Assembly: GCA_016211105.1 (NCBI GenBank)
Contig: JACQSX010000010.1
Location: forward strand, 212,913-276,912
Source of the DNA: Acidobacteriota bacterium
Lineage (GTDB): Bacteria; Acidobacteriota; UBA6911; JACQSX01
DNA length: 64,000 nucleotides
Direction: 5' to 3'
The notes under the pieces are model-generated. The model had not been told where the DNA came from, did no database searches, and saw only the letters and a list, made by a program, of their open reading frames with translations. This document shows positions 59,469-64,000 of the stretch, piece by piece (positions within the stretch are counted from its first letter, which is position 1; each line of letters begins with the position of its first letter). A program made the position numbers and the translations under genes.

Positions 59469-60731
59469 TCAAGGCAAGCTGATATCAAAGAAATTCCATA
59501 TACCTTCGGTTTGCGGTTGGCCCGCCGGTGCGGCGCTCAGGAGCGGCTCGGCGCCCGCGAGCAGCACAATGGCCGTGACACGGGACGGCTCCGCCCCTAC
59601 CGTGAACGAAACGAGAATGGTTTCGCCTCGCTTCAATTCGGCAAACGGCAGTGCAGGCATCCGGTCAAAGTCCATCCCGCCACCCCCGCCCATCATCCCC
59701 CCACTCGTCGTGCGTGGCCGCGATTCGGAGGTGGGCGCATTCGGCTGGGGCGATCGGCGAGGTGGCGCGCCTGGCTGCGCCCCCTCGCTTGGCTTCCCTT
59801 CGGATCCAGCATTGCCTGTGGTTCCGACGCCCCTGCTGCCTGCTTGTGGGCGGTTGGCCATCGGAGCCGCCATCGTCGCGGGAATGCGACGTATCATGGA
59901 ATCGGAGTTAATCCGAACGGTGAGCGGCTTCTTGGTTTGTAAATCGTTAATCTTAATCTCGCCGGCGGTAGCGTCGATGGCATTGATAATTCCGGCAATA
60001 GTGCGGACGGAGCCCGAGACAATCTCTTCCGGCTTAATGCGACTGCCGTCAGCGTTCTTTTCACCGAGAACGCGAAGGGAGTCTCCGACTTTGAGCTCGG
60101 CAAATGAACTTGGCTTGGCCTCGCGAAAACGGACTGAATCCGGCGCGTAGCGGCGAACGATCACCTTCTCCGCCGACTCAATGACCACGGCTCTGGTCCC
60201 TTCAGGCGAGCGGACCGACAATGTAATCTGTTTGGTTTCCGGATTGAGCGCTGAGATGGTGCCGGCAACGGCACGCTTCTGCCACTCCTCACGTTCACGC
60301 TCCTGTTTCCGCGCCAGCTCCGCTTTGGTTATCACAATGACGGCCACCGCGGGAAGCGACTTCGTATCTTCCGCCATGTGCCCCCGCGCATACACGCGGT
60401 CGCCCACACCGACTTCGGCGGGCGTGATCTTGACTGCCTTCTTTAGATCCGTTTCGCCTGGCGGCAGACGCAGACAAAGAGTCCTCTCCTGGAAAATGAC
60501 AGTGACCGTGCCGCCAGCGTCCGCCTTGACTGTAATCTGTTTTGCCGATGGATCCGTGGCCGTTACCTCCCCAATCACGCGTTCCAGGGAAGTGCCCGCA
60601 TTTTCGACGTTTTCCTGAACTGGCGCCGGCTCTAGAAACTGCACATTTCCAGGAACTACGGCAGCACTCAAGACTGCTAGTAGGGATAGAATTCCAGCTC
60701 GCCTCGACATTTGAACGCTGATCCCTCTCAT
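59469..60731 (-). CDS. secreted hypothetical protein (420 aa)
   Basis: Signal peptide SRRAGILSLLAVLSAAVV; repeated beta-rich modules; Gly/Pro-rich linker. Confidence 0.45.
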   Translation of the reverse strand: MRGISVQMSRRAGILSLLAVLSAAVVPGNVQFLEPAPVQENVENAGTSLERVIGEVTATDPSAKQITVKADAGGTVTVIFQERTLCLRLPPGETDLKKAVKITPAEVGVGDRVYARGHMAEDTKSLPAVAVIVITKAELARKQEREREEWQKRAVAGTISALNPETKQITLSVRSPEGTRAVVIESAEKVIVRRYAPDSVRFREAKPSSFAELKVGDSLRVLGEKNADGSRIKPEEIVSGSVRTIAGIINAIDATAGEIKINDLQTKKPLTVRINSDSMIRRIPATMAAPMANRPQAGSRGVGTTGNAGSEGKPSEGAQPGAPPRRSPQPNAPTSESRPRTTSGGMMGGGGGMDFDRMPALPFAELKRGETILVSFTVGAEPSRVTAIVLLAGAEPLLSAAPAGQPQTEGIWNFFDISLP

Positions 60732-60852
60732 CTCTGCTTATCGGCGAGGGCTAGAAGAACCCGACGATCTCAGAATACAAAAACCGATCCGCTAACGAAG
60801 TTAGATTAGTATAACACACGGCCTTGTGCGGTAAATGGGTAGGATGACAGCG

Positions 60853-60888
60853 GGTTCCGCGATCAATTGATCGCGGAACCATTGAAGC
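60853..60888 (+). repeat. solitary CRISPR-repeat variant with an extended 28-nt perfect palindrome, preceded by leader-like sequence
   Basis: GGTTCCGCGATCAATTGATCGCGGAACCATTGAAGC; the compensatory GG/TT...AA/CC changes lengthen the stem. Upstream TAGGATGACAGCGGG resembles TTAGGATGCGGGCT at the array leader end. Confidence 0.7.
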
Positions 60889-60975
60889 CGTACGAGAGGA
60901 AGCGACGCGAAAAAAGCCCTCCCGTCTTCCTCCCATTTTCCTTGGTAATCATTGCGTGATCCTTGGGGTCGGTTC

Positions 60976-61926
60976 TCAGGGGGTGGACTCAGGCGCAGGG
61001 GCGCCAAATTTGATGTTGGCCTTCACTTCAAACTTCTTGTAATCCTCGTACGTGATGATCTCGCGAATGTGCACCTCATTCATGTAGCCGCCGGGGCTGC
61101 CGCCCCGCCTTGGCCCCGGAAGGGGCAGGGGCAAGGGCAGGGGGAACGGCATGCCCGTTCCCATGGAGGGGCCGCCTCGCCCTTCGAAGCGGAGACGCTC
61201 GTCGGCCATGGTCCAGACGGGGAACCAGTATTTCTTGTCGATCATCTGTCGGATCGTTTCGAAGCGCGGAAATTTGTTTTCTCTGGTCTGGGGAATTGCT
61301 CTCCCGTCGGTTTTTACAATCTGAAAGTCGACGTCGTCTACCCAGATCTTTCCCTCGAAGTAACGCTTGCCGTTGTCGATGTGGCGTGGCTTGACTGAAA
61401 AGACATAGGTATTCAACTCGTCGGCCTTCTCCTTACCGCGATACTTGACCTCGTATTGGGGCAAGTCCTCGGCAGTCAGGACAAAGGGCTGGATACTGGC
61501 CGCATCGTCAATGTCTTCCTGGGTCATGGCAACGGAGTAAAGCTCCCCTTCGTCCAGCAACGTCCGTTGCTCCCGCTTACCTTGGTTGGTAAAGTACGTT
61601 TCAATCAGCATCTGTCGCTCCTCTGTGACGTAGCCGTTCTTGTCCAGCACCTGCACGATCATCCGCGTTTTGTAGGTATACGACTGACGCGCCAGCTTGA
61701 ATTCGGACTCTTTCGCGGCAAAGCGGCGTATGATTTCTTCCGCAGAAGGATCCGCCGCCGGGAGACCGACGTCGCAGAGAAGAACGGTGATGACTGCCGT
61801 GGCCAGTGCCCCGAGGCTTCGAGCGATGCCAGATCTGCCGCTACGCATGGGAACGGATCTTCTCACAGTGGCGCCTGCGCCGCAAGTTTGGTGCAACCGG
61901 TTTCTCATCTGTGACCTGTCGCTCAT
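60976..61926 (-). CDS. LolA-like outer-membrane lipoprotein-sorting family protein (probable true start at Met27, 61848)
   Basis: Signal peptide begins MRSGRSGIARSLGALATAVITVLLC; YFEGKIWVDDVDFQIVKTDG beta-sandwich pattern; PLPLPLPLPG linker. Confidence 0.4.
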   Translation of the reverse strand: MSDRSQMRNRLHQTCGAGATVRRSVPMRSGRSGIARSLGALATAVITVLLCDVGLPAADPSAEEIIRRFAAKESEFKLARQSYTYKTRMIVQVLDKNGYVTEERQMLIETYFTNQGKREQRTLLDEGELYSVAMTQEDIDDAASIQPFVLTAEDLPQYEVKYRGKEKADELNTYVFSVKPRHIDNGKRYFEGKIWVDDVDFQIVKTDGRAIPQTRENKFPRFETIRQMIDKKYWFPVWTMADERLRFEGRGGPSMGTGMPFPLPLPLPLPGPRRGGSPGGYMNEVHIREIITYEDYKKFEVKANIKFGAPAPESTP

Positions 61927-62561
61927 TAAATTGGTTTCGTGCCTTTAGTTAAAGATGCGACAAAGCCTGGGGAGGTTCAACAACTCCTGGAAATTTCCGA
62001 GCGTATTGACCGAACGGGCACGCTTCATGCGCCGGAATTCCTCTGCCATGCTGCCCGGGTCGATGCTGGTGCGCCTGCATCGAAGACGTTGCTGCTTCCG
62101 GTATCTGAGTGCCTCGATTCATAAATACGATAACATTTGCTGATGAGGCTTGCGAGGCGAGATCCAGGAGCGAGGAGGAGTCGATGTGGGGACATCGTCG
62201 ACGACGAGGTGCGCCGAGATCGCCCGCAACCCCACCAGCCCGGCGGGTTGCGGCGGGATGGCCCCGCTTTCTTTGTCGCTCCTCCTCGCCAATGAGCCCT
62301 GCATTGACTCGTCGTCGCTTCGCGAAATCAGGCCCATCGCGCTCGCAACCAACGTTATCGTACTTATGAATCGAGGTACTGAGCGCGTTCGCCTGGCGAA
62401 GGCGCTAAGGTTTTACATTCTTTTAACAAAACTTTTACATCGGCTTAACAACCAGACTTCGATTTCAACGTAGAATTATTCTGGATTGGCAATGAAGCCA
62501 TGAGTCGCGAGATCGGCCAACGGGAATGATGGGTCTGATCTCGAAGGAAAAGGAAGGGGAT

Positions 62562-63104
62562 ATGAAAAAGTACAATCGGAAAGTTGCAGTTCGTATGCTT
62601 TGTTTGCTCTGTTTTCTGCTCGCCTTCGGAGCGATCCTGGCACAGCAACCCGCGCGGGGTCCGCTGGCGGGATTGAAAAGGGCATTAGCGGAAGCAGGAG
62701 CGCCGGCTCTTACTTCCGACCAGGAACAGCAACTCACGGCGCTCATTACAGCACGGCGAGACGCTCTTCGGGCCCAGGCTCCGAGCGCTGCGCTGCAAAC
62801 AGCCCAACGAGCCTACCAAAACGCCATTTTGAACGGCGACAACAGCGCCGCGCAGGCCCAAGCGGATACCATCGCCAACGAGACGGCCAATCTCACCCGC
62901 ACGCGGCTTAAGGATACGGCAAAGTTTAAAATCGATGTCCTGAATGTGCTCAAGAGCAATGACAATCAAGTTGGGCTGCTGTTGAATCGTATCGGCTCTG
63001 CGGGCCTGTCGCGGCTGCTGGAGTCGCTGGCTGGCCCTGGAGGCTTGGGTCCAGGAATGGGCGGGATCAGGCCGCGTGGAGACTTCGACGTGCGCGTGCA
63101 GTGA
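62562..63104 (+). CDS. Spy/CpxP-like periplasmic protein (LTxxQ motif)
   Basis: Signal peptide MKKYNRKVAVRMLCLLCFLLAFGAILAQ; LTSDQEQQLTALITARRDAL is an LTxxQ-type motif; AAGGAAGGGGA RBS. Confidence 0.4.
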   Translation: MKKYNRKVAVRMLCLLCFLLAFGAILAQQPARGPLAGLKRALAEAGAPALTSDQEQQLTALITARRDALRAQAPSAALQTAQRAYQNAILNGDNSAAQAQADTIANETANLTRTRLKDTAKFKIDVLNVLKSNDNQVGLLLNRIGSAGLSRLLESLAGPGGLGPGMGGIRPRGDFDVRVQ

Positions 63105-63287
63105 CGGAGCAGTCACGAAGTCGCTTCAGCGAGGCGCGAAACGAGCTCTTGAGGGACCGCGTCCGTTCCGGGTCCCTCTCTCGGTTTCTTTGCAGCAGGA
63201 TGCTGCCGCATTCGAATGAGGTGATTTCCTGGCATGTTTCCCTAGCATGTTGACGCGACCGTTAGGGAGCGGACCCTCCGCCGGGAG

Positions 63288-63315
63288 TCCGCTTGCTTAC
63301 GCGCGCGGCTCGGAA
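63288..63315 (+). repeat. 28-nt sequence GTCCGCTTGCTTACGCGCGCGGCTCGGA, copy 2
   Basis: Exact match to 38056-38083. Confidence 0.6.
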
Positions 63316-63626
63316 TTCGAGGGAACTCAGAACATGTCCACTCCCCGCGGTGATTTTGAGATTCCAGTCAAAGAAGAGTTCTCACTGTCCGAGGATGGAA
63401 AGATTCTAACGATTCGCACGGCTCGCTCGACCCCCAGGGGGGAAAACACTTCCAAGCAAGTATTTGCCAAGCAATAGGCGCCCGAACCCCGTCTGGGTCG
63501 CAAGTCCACGGTTTCGCGTTCCAAATTGCAGAGTGAACCGATTCGGGGAACGCTCTACGTGGGAATTCGTAAACAAGAGGACGCGCCTCTTCTTAAGCAA
63601 GATCATGGGAGCGCTGCTGAATAAGA

Positions 63627-64000
63627 ATGATGGTTACTAGGAACAGTTGGCGGTCAGCGGTCCTTCGGAGGATATTTTTGGTTGTTTTCGGAAGACTGCC
63701 CGCTCGAATCATTTTGCCGTTGATTTTTCTACTGCTACCCGTCTCTATGGCTTTTGGCCAGAACTCAAACATGTTGCGCGGCAGGGTTACGGATGCGGTC
63801 GGTGGAGTGATCCGGGGCGCTGTGGTCACGGTGGTAGACGCCAACGGCGCTGAAAAGCGGATCGCCACAAACAACGAAGGGACCTATGTGATTTCCGGCT
63901 TGGAGGCAGGCACCTACACGGTCCGTGTCACTGCGCCCGGCTTCAGCGTCTATGAAAGCTTGGCACGCATCGCCGAGGCTCGGACTGTCGCCCTGGATCT
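63627..64000 (+). CDS. carboxypeptidase-regulatory-like domain / TonB-dependent receptor family protein, partial (runs off window end)
   Basis: MMVTRNSWRSAVLRRIFLVVFGRLPARIILPLIFLLLPVSMAFGQNSNMLRGRVTDAVGGVIRGAVVTVVDANGAEKRIATNNEGTYVISGLEAGTYTVRV; no stop before position 64000. Confidence 0.5.
   Translation, partial: MMVTRNSWRSAVLRRIFLVVFGRLPARIILPLIFLLLPVSMAFGQNSNMLRGRVTDAVGGVIRGAVVTVVDANGAEKRIATNNEGTYVISGLEAGTYTVRVTAPGFSVYESLARIAEARTVALD

Noticed and set aside
58864-60150. 428-aa plus-strand ORF spanning the junction of two minus-strand genes
   Set aside because: It is antisense to the TonB-dependent receptor and the secreted protein. The translation is low-complexity and Ser/Ala/Pro-rich, and it crosses an intergenic gap.

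Overview
High-GC bacterial window, probably Acidobacteriota (inferred from the carboxypeptidase-regulatory-like TonB receptors and the density of toxin-antitoxin genes). Positions 1-20.4 kb form a dense defence island. It holds a HEPN/Ymh-like gene (392-1210) next to an 811-aa zinc-ribbon/nuclease-like protein. It also holds a complete Type I R-M system (hsdR/S/M, 4127-10076, minus strand) and a GmrSD-type DUF262/DUF1524 Type IV enzyme. Beside these sit an 801-aa unknown with a small companion, a DUF2188 + HNH pair, and a beta-class DNA methyltransferase translationally coupled to a 777-aa GHKL/MORC-like ATPase. The island ends at a partial tRNA 3' fragment (about 20475-20545). A WYL regulator (20947-21987) follows, preceded by octamer repeats. 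Next comes a stretch of decayed genes: two ORF6N copies (one frameshifted), two helicase-first cas3 stubs, an intact HepT/MntA pair plus a second HepT tail, and a DUF104 antitoxin with a vapC stub. A type I CRISPR-Cas locus (cas8-cas7-cas5-cas3-cas6-like, 26679-33458) is separated from its adaptation genes (cas2 at 44190, cas4-cas1 fusion at 45154-46926) and from its 5-repeat array (47124-47449) by a 10-kb nest of TA modules. These include VapBC, Phd, HicAB, BrnTA, DUF4160/DUF2442 and DUF433/DUF5615, with internal duplications. Beyond the array lie a chrB-tolC-RND-MFP operon (minus strand) and HicBA with a frameshifted hicA. Two solitary degenerate CRISPR repeats sit at 54866 and 60853. The remainder holds TonB-dependent receptors, a LolA-like protein and a Spy/CpxP-like protein. 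The candidate undescribed systems are the MTase+GHKL pair, the two large Zn-ribbon/PD-(D/E)xK-like proteins, and the orphan CRISPR repeats. Every call is from reading the sequence and ORF translations. No database searches were run.
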